Source of the DNA: an uncultured Gammaproteobacteria bacterium
GTDB taxonomy: Bacteria; Patescibacteriota; Microgenomatia; UBA8517
NCBI GenBank assembly: GCA_964583685.1
Contig: CAZOVJ010000001.1
Span: forward strand, 393,152 to 457,151
Length of the DNA stretch: 64,000 nt
Direction of reading: 5' to 3'
Part shown: positions 19,046 through 27,535 of the stretch, in pieces
Position numbering within the stretch: the stretch's first letter is position 1
Layout of the letters: the number at the start of each line of letters is the position of its first letter
Made by a program: the position numbers and the translations under genes
Notes under the pieces: model-generated
Seen by the model: only the letters and a program-made list of their open reading frames with translations
The model's database searches: none
What the model was told of the DNA's origin: nothing

Positions 19046-21478
19046 TCAAGTATAACTTTTTACCTTTCTCCTGCCAAGCAAATGGCTGGCCGGCACTAAA
19101 GTTAAGAGCAAAACCAGTGAAACCATTGATAACTTTAAACCATTAAAGAAAGATTCTGGTTGATAAACAAAACGTACCTCATGCTTGCCGCTGGGAATCT
19201 GAATTGCCCGGAAAGCAAAATCAGCCCGATAGATCTTTGTTTCTTTTCCGTCAATATAGGCCTTCCATCCCGGATAAAAGGCATCGGAAATAAAAAGCAA
19301 GCCATCTGAATCTGTTTGAACATTAATTACACTCTCCTGCTCTTCATATTTCCCGTAACTTATCTGACAAACCCCTTTTTCTCTCTTTTCTATCCCTGGC
19401 TCTTCTTCTAAAATCACTTTTTCCCTAAAGGGATATTTTGGATCAATAAGTTTTTTTAAGATCAATTGGTCATCCTTTATGACCTCCCAATCATAAACCA
19501 TAAAGGCCCGGGGAAGAACATTCTTACTCTCAAGAACAACCGTTGTTTTATCTTCAAAGGCCAAGCTAAATCTCTCAGTTCTAAAACGGCTGGGAATTTG
19601 GCCTTCTGGGTCCGGGTCATTCTTCTCATCCCTTTTTAGAGCAAGATAATACTTTGTATTCACCAGATCAAGCAAGTGTGATGTATCATTGTCAACCGTG
19701 CCGTATCTACCCACTGGATCTGTCCCCACTTTCTGACTATTTAATGCAGCCAAAAACCGAGAGATTCTCAATGGATGAATGGTTTCATAACCCTCCAGAG
19801 AATCTAATTTATAAGGTGTTCGCATATTTACAGGAACTACTCTATTCCCTGTTACCCTAAAGGGTTGTTCTTGGGAGATTAAAAAATCCAAGATTGGAGT
19901 TGTCGGAAAAATCAGTCTTCTTTCAGAAAAAGGCGTAAATTTCCATCCGAACCTAAATAATTCAAACAAAAGCAAAAACGACAAAAGTAAAAGGCCAAGC
20001 TTTTTTAATTTCTCCCATCTGGCCATAAACCAAAGAGCGACAGAAATTGTTATTAAAATAGCTGCTGGCAAAACCATATTCCTAAGAGCAACTTTATACT
20101 TGGCTATCCCACGAACAAAAAACAAACTTGGATCAGACTGGGTCATCAGGAATTTATAGACGGCAAAAGCTCCAAAGCCAGCAATTATCAAAGAAGGAAG
20201 TAATAAGGCAAAAATATATTTAAATTTGGCTCTTGCTTTCCAAATATAATCAAAGCCAAATCCCACAAGAAGAGCTACCCCAAAATTAAACAGTATTGTC
20301 GCTCTGTGAGCTGAGGCTGCTCGCATGCCAATAATATCCTCAGTCCATAAAAAGACTGGAAGGGGAGTGGGGAAAGATAAAATAAGTGAAAAAATTGATA
20401 ATATAAACAAAAACAGAACCGCTCTTTTTGTTTTTAAAAACTTTAGGCCCAAGGTTGCTAAAACAAAAACTACCACCCCAGCGTATCCAGTATTTGAGGT
20501 ATAGTCCTGGGGACCCCAGTAATTAGCGGTTGCATGATTGCCAAAATAGTCGGGGGCAAAAAATGTTATTATTTTTGACCAAGGTAAAAAGGCCCACTCA
20601 AAAGGATGTGGCTCAAAACTCCTTTGTGAAAGCCCCCATAATTCTACTGTTGGTAAAATCTGAAAAGCAGCCAGACCAAGAGCAAAAACCAAAAAGAAAG
20701 ATAAAGAGATTGTCCTTTTGATAAATTCTAAACTTCTGTCCTTGTAAAACTTTACTAACCAGAAAATAATCATGGCTATGGCCGTGTATAAACTAGTCTG
20801 GGGATAACCTGAAAGAAGTTGAAAAACCAAAGTCGATGCTAAAAGAACACCATCTTTTATTTTGCCTTTCTTCAAATATTTATCCTCAAAAAGAATGGCC
20901 AAGGGAATAAAACTTGATGCCAGTGTGTGTCCATTCCACTGGGAAAAAATAAGATTAAAACCGGAAAAAGCAAAAGCTACTCCTCCTAAAATTGATCCAA
21001 ATTTGGAGACCTTCCAATGTCTTAAGAGAAGATAGGAAAAAAAAGCAACTAGTATATGCTGGAAAGCTATTTGCAAATTCCAGGCTGTTAATTTATCAAA
21101 AAGAAAATAAACAAAATTTGTTGGCGAAAAGGGCGCCGCCTGTAGATTAGCAAAAAGTGGGGTACCAGTGAGAATATGAGGGTTCCATAAAGGCCACTGA
21201 CCAATTTTGATCAAATCAATACCCAGCATCTGTTCAGGATAGATTAATGAAACAACATCAGTAGTAATCGGATTTTTTACAGGCACTCCAACCGAGTATC
21301 CCCATTTATAATCAAGCCAGGGATAATAAACGCCAACAACAAAATCTCCGGGGATGGAAACTTGGCCAAGGAGAACCACTTTCCAAAAAAAGATTAAAAC
21401 CAGGCCAATAATCAAGACCAATGGCCAGAATCGTTTAAAGAAGGCCCAAAAACTCTTCCTCAAATCTTTCATACCCAT
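19046..21478 (-). CDS. YfhO-family (GT-C) membrane glycosyltransferase-like protein
   Basis: 810 aa. QWPLWNPHILTGTPLFA motif and C-terminal YPGWKAYIDGKE...FAFRAIQIPSGKHEV are typical of YfhO proteins. Confidence 0.65.
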   Translation of the reverse strand: MGMKDLRKSFWAFFKRFWPLVLIIGLVLIFFWKVVLLGQVSIPGDFVVGVYYPWLDYKWGYSVGVPVKNPITTDVVSLIYPEQMLGIDLIKIGQWPLWNPHILTGTPLFANLQAAPFSPTNFVYFLFDKLTAWNLQIAFQHILVAFFSYLLLRHWKVSKFGSILGGVAFAFSGFNLIFSQWNGHTLASSFIPLAILFEDKYLKKGKIKDGVLLASTLVFQLLSGYPQTSLYTAIAMIIFWLVKFYKDRSLEFIKRTISLSFFLVFALGLAAFQILPTVELWGLSQRSFEPHPFEWAFLPWSKIITFFAPDYFGNHATANYWGPQDYTSNTGYAGVVVFVLATLGLKFLKTKRAVLFLFILSIFSLILSFPTPLPVFLWTEDIIGMRAASAHRATILFNFGVALLVGFGFDYIWKARAKFKYIFALLLPSLIIAGFGAFAVYKFLMTQSDPSLFFVRGIAKYKVALRNMVLPAAILITISVALWFMARWEKLKKLGLLLLSFLLLFELFRFGWKFTPFSERRLIFPTTPILDFLISQEQPFRVTGNRVVPVNMRTPYKLDSLEGYETIHPLRISRFLAALNSQKVGTDPVGRYGTVDNDTSHLLDLVNTKYYLALKRDEKNDPDPEGQIPSRFRTERFSLAFEDKTTVVLESKNVLPRAFMVYDWEVIKDDQLILKKLIDPKYPFREKVILEEEPGIEKREKGVCQISYGKYEEQESVINVQTDSDGLLFISDAFYPGWKAYIDGKETKIYRADFAFRAIQIPSGKHEVRFVYQPESFFNGLKLSMVSLVLLLTLVPASHLLGRRKVKSYT

Positions 21479-22460
21479 ATTTTTGGCTCTCCTCTCTTGC
21501 GGCTAAAGAAAGCGTTCTCCATTTTTTTGAATCCCCTATTGTCTGCCTGGTAAAAAACAAAAGTTCTTTTGTTGTCCGCCAAAGATAGCCATTTTCCTTA
21601 TTCTCTATTATTTCTTGATGTCCACCTCCGGAAAAAACAATTGGCACTGCTCCGGTGGCCATGGCCTCGACAACACTTATACCAAAATGTTCAAGCTTCT
21701 CCGGTTCCATTTTCTCGTCAACTCCAAAACCAGATGCTGACCAAAAAAGTCTTGCTTTGCCATATAAATCCTTTAACTCATTAAAACTTGGGCTTTCAAT
21801 TATTTTTATCGGATAGCCCATGGAACTCTTTCTCAGCTTCTTAACAAAATCATTTACCCCAACTTCAACCCCACCAGCCAAAATCAGTTTCCACTCACTA
21901 AACCCAGAATCACAAAATCTTTTAAAGGCCTTTATTAAAATATCTTGCCTTTTTGCCTGCTTCAATTGAGAAAAGCGACCAATGGATACAATTAAATTTT
22001 CCTTTCTTTTGGATTTTATTTTCTCAACATCAACAGGCGGGTAAATAACAATGCTGTCAACACCATATTCTTTATCTATAAACTTTTTCGTGAAGTATGA
22101 ATTGCAGATAACTTCTCCTATCCTGAAAAATTTCATTCTATTAAGTAGGGTTTTCCCGTTCATAGAATGAAAGGGGACTTGGAAATGTAAAAAATTCTTG
22201 CGTGCACGAAGTATCGGAATACTCCCATCAGAAACCCAAAAACAAACATCGTATCCGTCTCCTCTGCCAATATCTTTGACAAAATTCACTTCTTTTAATT
22301 GAATACCGAATCTTTCTTCAATCTTTCTTTTGATATTTTCATCCTTCCATTCAACATCAACCCTATATCCCTTACCAACTAAGGCTTGGGCTACTGCCAT
22401 AGAGTAGCGCTCGCCCCCTCCCAAAGTATCCAGATATGGATTATAAATCGCTGCCCTCAT
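21435..22460 (-). CDS. GT4 (GT-B fold, family 1/4) glycosyltransferase
   Basis: EX7E motif EHFGISVVEAMATGAVPIV...GGGHQEII. Confidence 0.85.
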   Translation of the reverse strand: MRAAIYNPYLDTLGGGERYSMAVAQALVGKGYRVDVEWKDENIKRKIEERFGIQLKEVNFVKDIGRGDGYDVCFWVSDGSIPILRARKNFLHFQVPFHSMNGKTLLNRMKFFRIGEVICNSYFTKKFIDKEYGVDSIVIYPPVDVEKIKSKRKENLIVSIGRFSQLKQAKRQDILIKAFKRFCDSGFSEWKLILAGGVEVGVNDFVKKLRKSSMGYPIKIIESPSFNELKDLYGKARLFWSASGFGVDEKMEPEKLEHFGISVVEAMATGAVPIVFSGGGHQEIIENKENGYLWRTTKELLFFTRQTIGDSKKWRTLSLAAREESQKYGYERFEEEFLGLL

Positions 22461-23269
22461 TTTGCATTTTGATTTTTAAATTTTGCACTTTTTAATTGCA
22501 TTTCCCACAATTTTGCATAACTAACAAACCGACTAAACATCTGATAAATAATCTCCATAATACCAATCGGGCCGTCTAAAAAACCCAACTTGAGCACTGC
22601 TCGGTACCAAAATTCCCGAAAAACGGCGGATGAAAATCGGCAAATATTCATCTTCGGATGGCCAGCTTCAAACATCAAGCGGACTTCAATCTCTGACCAC
22701 CTATTAGTTTTTTCAACCATCTCCGTTAAGGAACGGTGAGTAAGATGAATCATTGGTTCTTTTAACTTGCCAACACTGCCTTTAATCTTCGGCTGTTCGT
22801 GAAGTTCTCCTCGCCAAGCCTCCAACTTATCCTTTTTAATCAACCTCAAAACATAATCCGGCCACCAACCACCGTGTCTCATTTCATGGCCTAGTAAAAT
22901 ATTACGCCTGGGAATAGCAAAGGCAGAGTGAACAGTGAACGGTGAACAGTGAACGGTGAACAGTGAAAGAATCTCTTTTTTAAGTTCAGGGGTTACACGC
23001 TCGTCGGCATCAATATAAAAGAGCCACTCTCCCTTGGCTTTTTCTGCTCCGAGATTCCTCCAATTTGAAAAACCCTTCTTTCTTGTTTTAATAATCTCAG
23101 CCCCATGCTTTTGGGCAATTTTCACTGTTTTATCAGTCGAGCCACTGTCAATAATAATAACCTCATCTGCCAATCCTTGAAGCGAGTTCAAACATCCACC
23201 AATCATCTTTTCTTCATTTTTGGCAACAATTATCGCACTCAAATGGACTTTTTTATTTTTCATTTCCAT
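22457..23269 (-). CDS. GT2 family glycosyltransferase carrying an in-frame heptamer-repeat insert; start trimmed to an internal Met
   Basis: LSAIIVAKNEEKMI...VIIIDSGSTDKT...YIDADE. The ORF-track start at 23323 would overlap the upstream gene by 64 nt. The C-terminal tail (EMQLKSAKFKNQNAK) is built from AAAATGC-type repeats. Confidence 0.75.
   Translation of the reverse strand: MEMKNKKVHLSAIIVAKNEEKMIGGCLNSLQGLADEVIIIDSGSTDKTVKIAQKHGAEIIKTRKKGFSNWRNLGAEKAKGEWLFYIDADERVTPELKKEILSLFTVHCSPFTVHSAFAIPRRNILLGHEMRHGGWWPDYVLRLIKKDKLEAWRGELHEQPKIKGSVGKLKEPMIHLTHRSLTEMVEKTNRWSEIEVRLMFEAGHPKMNICRFSSAVFREFWYRAVLKLGFLDGPIGIMEIIYQMFSRFVSYAKLWEMQLKSAKFKNQNAK
22460..22518. repeat. Degenerate heptamer tract (TTTTGCA/TTTTGAT/TTTTAAA) spanning a gene junction
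   Basis: Forms the C-terminal tail and stop of 22457..23269. Its first base is part of the start codon of 21435..22460. Confidence 0.75.
22926..22967. repeat. Heptanucleotide tandem repeat (RGTGAAC)x6 (sense strand GTTCACY / TTCACYG phase), in frame in a GT2 gene
   Basis: agtgaacagtgaacggtgaacagtgaacggtgaacagtgaaa encodes LFTVHCSPFTVHSAF. Confidence 0.95.
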
Positions 23270-24186
23270 GAGCCCTGACCTAAACGGCAAAGATAAAAAT
23301 CGCGAACAGCCTTTTTCTGCCATTCTCTACCTGAAAGCAAAAATTTCAGACTTTCTTTGAAAAGAGCGAGCTTTGCCCTCAAAGAAGCATATTTTATAGC
23401 AAACAAAAGTCTGTTTCGGGTAATAAAATAGTCATTTAAATTACTGCCAATTCCCGAGCTCCTGGCTACCTTGTGCCAAAGATGGGCCGAAGGTAGATAC
23501 AAAATCTGCCAACCCTTTTTCTTCATCCGTTGACACAAATCTACATCCTCTAAATACATAAAATACTCCTCATCAAAAAAACCCACTTCCTTTAAAGCCT
23601 GAGCTCTTATTAACATACAGGCTCCGCTAGCAAAATCTGTTTCCTCAACTTTATCGTATTGTCCTTTATCCAGCTCATCCACACCCCGATTACTACCCAA
23701 AAGATTTTTCCAATCGAACTTTCCTCCTGCATACCAAATAATTTTCCCCAACTCTGATTTCTTGTATCTTTTTTTGTGAAACTCAAATCCGGGTGCAAAA
23801 TAGATTTTTGGCGACAAAATCCCTGCCTTTTCATAATTTTCAGCCGCTTTAATTAATTGAAGTAAAAGACTTTTATCGACCAAGGTATCGTTGTTCAAAA
23901 GTAGCAGATAATCAGCCTTGTTTTTAAGAGCATATTTAATACCAACATTATTCCCCCCGCTAAATCCCAAGTTCTTTTTATTCTTAATTAGTTGAAAGTT
24001 GGAGGTTGAAAGTTGAAAGTTGCTGAGGCTCTCAGGTGAGCTATCAGTTGAGCCATTGTCCACCACAACCACTTCTACCCTGCAATTATCAGTTAATAGC
24101 CCCTTAAGAGATTTCAAGCACTCAAGAGTATCCTCATGGCCGTTGTAGTTCAAAATGATAATTGAAACCTTTAGCTCTTTAGCCAT
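23260..24186 (-). CDS. GT2 family glycosyltransferase
   Basis: VSIIILNYNGHEDT...VVVVDNGSTDSS...LLLNNDT. Contains the SNFQLSTSNFQL repeat insert. Confidence 0.8.
   Translation of the reverse strand: MAKELKVSIIILNYNGHEDTLECLKSLKGLLTDNCRVEVVVVDNGSTDSSPESLSNFQLSTSNFQLIKNKKNLGFSGGNNVGIKYALKNKADYLLLLNNDTLVDKSLLLQLIKAAENYEKAGILSPKIYFAPGFEFHKKRYKKSELGKIIWYAGGKFDWKNLLGSNRGVDELDKGQYDKVEETDFASGACMLIRAQALKEVGFFDEEYFMYLEDVDLCQRMKKKGWQILYLPSAHLWHKVARSSGIGSNLNDYFITRNRLLFAIKYASLRAKLALFKESLKFLLSGREWQKKAVRDFYLCRLGQGSWK
23991..24025. repeat. Heptanucleotide tandem repeat (GTTGAAA-like)x5, in frame in a GT2 gene
   Basis: gttgaaagttggaggttgaaagttgaaagttgctg encodes SNFQLSTSNFQL in 23260..24186. Confidence 0.9.
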
Positions 24187-25099
24187 TTAAAAATTTTCTT
24201 TTAATTCTCAGAAAAAATGAAGAAAAAAGATTTTTGGAACTGATAAGAGACTCTGTTGACCACCAATTATATTCCCCAATAGTCTTCTTAATCTCCTTGT
24301 CTACCTCTGGCAAAGAAAATTGTTGTCCGAGAAATTTCTCTTCCTGCCAAATTTTCAAATACAAAACAAGTTCAGAAAAGGCTTGAAGAAGAGAAAGAGC
24401 AAGACCATGAAGACCATCTTTATATCCCTGACCATGAAAATAGCGACCTAAAAATTCAGAGCTAGGTCGTCTTATAAGGTCGGGCCAAATAAATCTATGT
24501 CCTTCTTTTATTTTGTGGTTTGCTTGTATTGTTGTGTAGCGATTCATACGCCTCAAAAATTGCTCAATTGATTGATAATGATGATGAATAATAGCCAAAT
24601 CTTCTTTGGCCGGTAAATCAATTCCCCGACCCTTGGTCATAGGAATAGAGTGAATCACCTCACTCCACTTAACAGATCCCTTTTTGAAAAAACGAATATT
24701 TAAATCAGGCCACCAGCGAGAATGTTTCAGCCATTTACCAAAAACAATGTTCTTACGAGGAATTCGATAAAAATCAGGGCCAAGCCCTTGACTAGCAGAA
24801 TCGGCTATCTCCCTTAACTTTCTGGCCAAGCCCTGCTGAAGTTCTTCGTCTGCATCTAAAATTAAAATCCAATCTCCTTCTGTTTTAGAAATGGCAAAAT
24901 TCCTGGCTGGCTCGACATAACCTGTTCTCTTGTGTTTAAAAACCTTTGCCCCTGCCTTTTTGGCAATCTCAACTGTTTTGTCAATTGACTGCATATCAAC
25001 AACAACAATTTCATCTGCCAGCTGCTGGATGGAAACAAGAAGGCGTGGTAAATTTTTCTCCTCATTTAAGGTGTTGACGACAACTGAAATCTTGCTCAC
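24179..25099 (-). CDS. GT2 family glycosyltransferase
   Basis: ISVVVNTLNEEKNL...IVVVDMQSIDKT...LILDADE. Confidence 0.8.
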   Translation of the reverse strand: MSKISVVVNTLNEEKNLPRLLVSIQQLADEIVVVDMQSIDKTVEIAKKAGAKVFKHKRTGYVEPARNFAISKTEGDWILILDADEELQQGLARKLREIADSASQGLGPDFYRIPRKNIVFGKWLKHSRWWPDLNIRFFKKGSVKWSEVIHSIPMTKGRGIDLPAKEDLAIIHHHYQSIEQFLRRMNRYTTIQANHKIKEGHRFIWPDLIRRPSSEFLGRYFHGQGYKDGLHGLALSLLQAFSELVLYLKIWQEEKFLGQQFSLPEVDKEIKKTIGEYNWWSTESLISSKNLFSSFFLRIKRKFLNG

Positions 25100-25347
25100 A
25101 AATCAATTTTACCACGATATCTCAGATTTATTTAATCTTTTCCTTGAAGCCTCATTGACTCCAACCTGCCATGAGGCTATAGTATGTACGAACCTTAAAA
25201 GCAAAAATACCTATAGGAGGATTGCCTGTTTAAAAAACAACTGCAGAATGGTGACTCTGGCACTTAGCTTTTTGTCTATTTTCTTGCGCTCATCCTCATA
25301 GCGAGGAAATCGGGGCAATGACTTAGCAAACTGAAAGGAGCAAGATC

Positions 25348-25713
25348 GTGATTGAGACTAAAGATGGTCAGGGTTCTGAACAGGTTCATGTCACCATATT
25401 CACTCTAATTGCGGAACTCGAGGGCTATGCCTGGGTGGCCTGTGGCATGATTTTCGCCCAGTTTCTCATCAACCTGGTTGGCCCAGCAAGGCTAACTTGC
25501 GGTGCCGGCGAAGCCTACTGTCGGGATTGGCAGTTGCTACTCCTTTCTCTGGCAATTGGGCTAATAATATTTAGCTTAATTGCCTTGTGGTGTTTCTTCA
25601 GGAAAACCGCTTTATTCCCGCAAGTGCGTACTCCAGGGGTAATCTTAGCTAGCCTTGGGGCATTTGCCGGAATAGTGGTAGCGTCCACGATCCTGGCAGG
25701 AATTTTCTACTAG
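25348..25713 (+). CDS. Small 3-TM membrane protein of unknown function on a GC-elevated island (GTG start)
   Basis: 121-aa ORF with GGAG about 8 nt upstream of GTG. GC is visibly higher than the flanks. Three hydrophobic helices. No recognisable family. Confidence 0.4.
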   Translation: MIETKDGQGSEQVHVTIFTLIAELEGYAWVACGMIFAQFLINLVGPARLTCGAGEAYCRDWQLLLLSLAIGLIIFSLIALWCFFRKTALFPQVRTPGVILASLGAFAGIVVASTILAGIFY

Positions 25714-25772
25714 TTACAGGAGGCAGAAATGCTAAAGCTCTATGGTTGGCTGCTCTGACCGTCGGTCCATAA

Positions 25773-25812
25773 GTGGGTGTTGCTTAATGCAGCAAAGACA
25801 GGCAGCACCCAC
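25773..25812. terminator. Strong hairpin (11-bp stem GTGGGTGTTGC/GCAGCACCCAC, one G-U pair; 18-nt loop) 1 nt downstream of the stop of 25814..27535
   Basis: Inverted repeat read directly. Sits between convergent ends, so it may act as a bidirectional terminator. Confidence 0.4.
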
Positions 25813-25813
25813 C

Positions 25814-27535
25814 TCAGTATTTCACTTCGTATATATTAACTTCTGAATTTTCAAATATTTTTGTTATTCCCAGCTGAGTCTCACCAAGTTTAGCTCGCTG
25901 GTCTTTTAGCCAATAAATATAAGAAATATTATTTTCTATCAGAAACTTCCTTACTTGATTTTGTTCCAGAGTGTTTAAGAAATCTAAAACTTTTTCCCGT
26001 CTTGAAGGCCAATCGTAACCAGTGATATTTAAATTAACCTCATCTTCAAGGTAAACTGGCTTATCAGAAAAAGCAGAAACATAGGCTGTTGATTCATATA
26101 AATAAAGGGGTCTGGGTGGGTGGCTAACTGCCTTTTCTGCCGCCTCTTTATCAAAAGGATAGGTTAGCACTACAGCTTCTGGCTGTTGAGAAAGAAAGCC
26201 TAGGGCTTCAAGTTCTTGATTTGAAATTTTGGCCGGAGGCCGACCGGTCAAATAATGATTTTTTAGTGTTACAAAAGTGGTAGGAATTGTCAATAAAACA
26301 ACGCCTATCACTATAAGGATACGAGCCCATGAAGTTTTTTGCCTCTCAAACCATTCTCCCACCACCAAGCCGGCCAAGATTGCAGAAAAAAATAAAGAAT
26401 AGTAAAAAAACTGAATTGTATTCCAAGGAGTCCCCTTCTGAAGGAAAAAGAGGGGAATAAACAGGCCGGCCAATATTACTGTTCCCAAGAATATTTCAAT
26501 CTCACCTATTTTTTTAAATTTTTTCAGCCATTGACAAAAGACAATTGCTCCCAGAACCCTAGTTCCCATATTCCCCAGCCAAAATATTAGGAAAGCAATT
26601 AAATAGGCTGGAACTGCTTTCCAGTAAATCTTGGCCAGCCGATAGTTAACCATTGCCTCCTGAAATCTTGGCCAGCCCAGCCGGTCTGAAAGACCCATCA
26701 TTGTTTCCAAAAACCAAAAAGGCCGGAAAACCAAAAGCCCAACAGATTTTTTGTTTAAGGCTAAAAATAAAAGAAGAGAAATGACTAAGGAAGCAAAAAA
26801 GACAAAAATAAGCCTCCTATTTTTTTTACAAAGAATTGCTAGGCCTAGACCAAGCAAGGCTAAAACCCCAGCATAAGCCTTCACCTCAATGAGAATAGCA
26901 AAAATAAAAACAGCAAAGAGAAAATGAAAAAGAGAGAAACGCTTTTTGAGCTCTAGTAAAGCGATTAAGCCCAAAAGCAGCAAAAGCAAAGATAAAGCAA
27001 AAGGAGGATTAATCAGAGTTGAAATCGCCTGTTGGGCCCAAAACATGGACTCTCCAGTAAGCCTTCCTTCTCGGACAAGGCTCACCAGCCAGCCAAAACT
27101 AGCAGCAAAATAAGTAAAAAACAGAGCCCAAAGTGCTTGGGTTCGGGCCTGCCTCGCCGAGTCTAGGCGGGATTTTCTCCAAACAAGAACAAATTTATAG
27201 GTCGCCAGGCCAATTAAAATTGCCAAGATTGGCGGTGTCAATTGAAAATAAAGAATCTCAACCGGAATCCGGCTGATTTTATGGATAATTGCCAAAAGAA
27301 GATCAAAGCCCGGATGATAATTGGCCAGTTTCTCTCCGGCAAAAACCGGCATCTCGGCTGAATTCCTAGCTAAACTCTTAATCAAGCTAATATGCCAAAT
27401 ACCATCGTGGCCATTTGCTCCCCAGAACCCCAGACCAGAAGCACAGGCCGCATCCCAACAAAGCCCGCTTCTAACCATAACCAAGGACCAGGACAGAACA
27501 CCAAGAATAATTAGTAACACTGTTAATTTCCTCAT
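25814..27535 (-). CDS. Polytopic membrane protein, GT-C-like, unknown specificity
   Basis: 573 aa, at least 12 TM helices, C-terminal soluble domain. Co-operonic with a GT-C neighbour. Confidence 0.55.
   Translation of the reverse strand: MRKLTVLLIILGVLSWSLVMVRSGLCWDAACASGLGFWGANGHDGIWHISLIKSLARNSAEMPVFAGEKLANYHPGFDLLLAIIHKISRIPVEILYFQLTPPILAILIGLATYKFVLVWRKSRLDSARQARTQALWALFFTYFAASFGWLVSLVREGRLTGESMFWAQQAISTLINPPFALSLLLLLLGLIALLELKKRFSLFHFLFAVFIFAILIEVKAYAGVLALLGLGLAILCKKNRRLIFVFFASLVISLLLFLALNKKSVGLLVFRPFWFLETMMGLSDRLGWPRFQEAMVNYRLAKIYWKAVPAYLIAFLIFWLGNMGTRVLGAIVFCQWLKKFKKIGEIEIFLGTVILAGLFIPLFFLQKGTPWNTIQFFYYSLFFSAILAGLVVGEWFERQKTSWARILIVIGVVLLTIPTTFVTLKNHYLTGRPPAKISNQELEALGFLSQQPEAVVLTYPFDKEAAEKAVSHPPRPLYLYESTAYVSAFSDKPVYLEDEVNLNITGYDWPSRREKVLDFLNTLEQNQVRKFLIENNISYIYWLKDQRAKLGETQLGITKIFENSEVNIYEVKY

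Noticed and set aside
22926-22967. Possibility that the short tandem repeats are CRISPR arrays
   Set aside because: The unit is 7 nt and contiguous with no spacers, there are no cas genes, and the tracts lie inside ORFs.
24930-25301. 123-aa plus-strand ORF overlapping the start of GT2 gene 24179..25099
   Set aside because: Antisense shadow of a well-supported GT2 N-terminus, with no motif and an S/T/C-rich translation. The real small gene on the island is 25348..25713.
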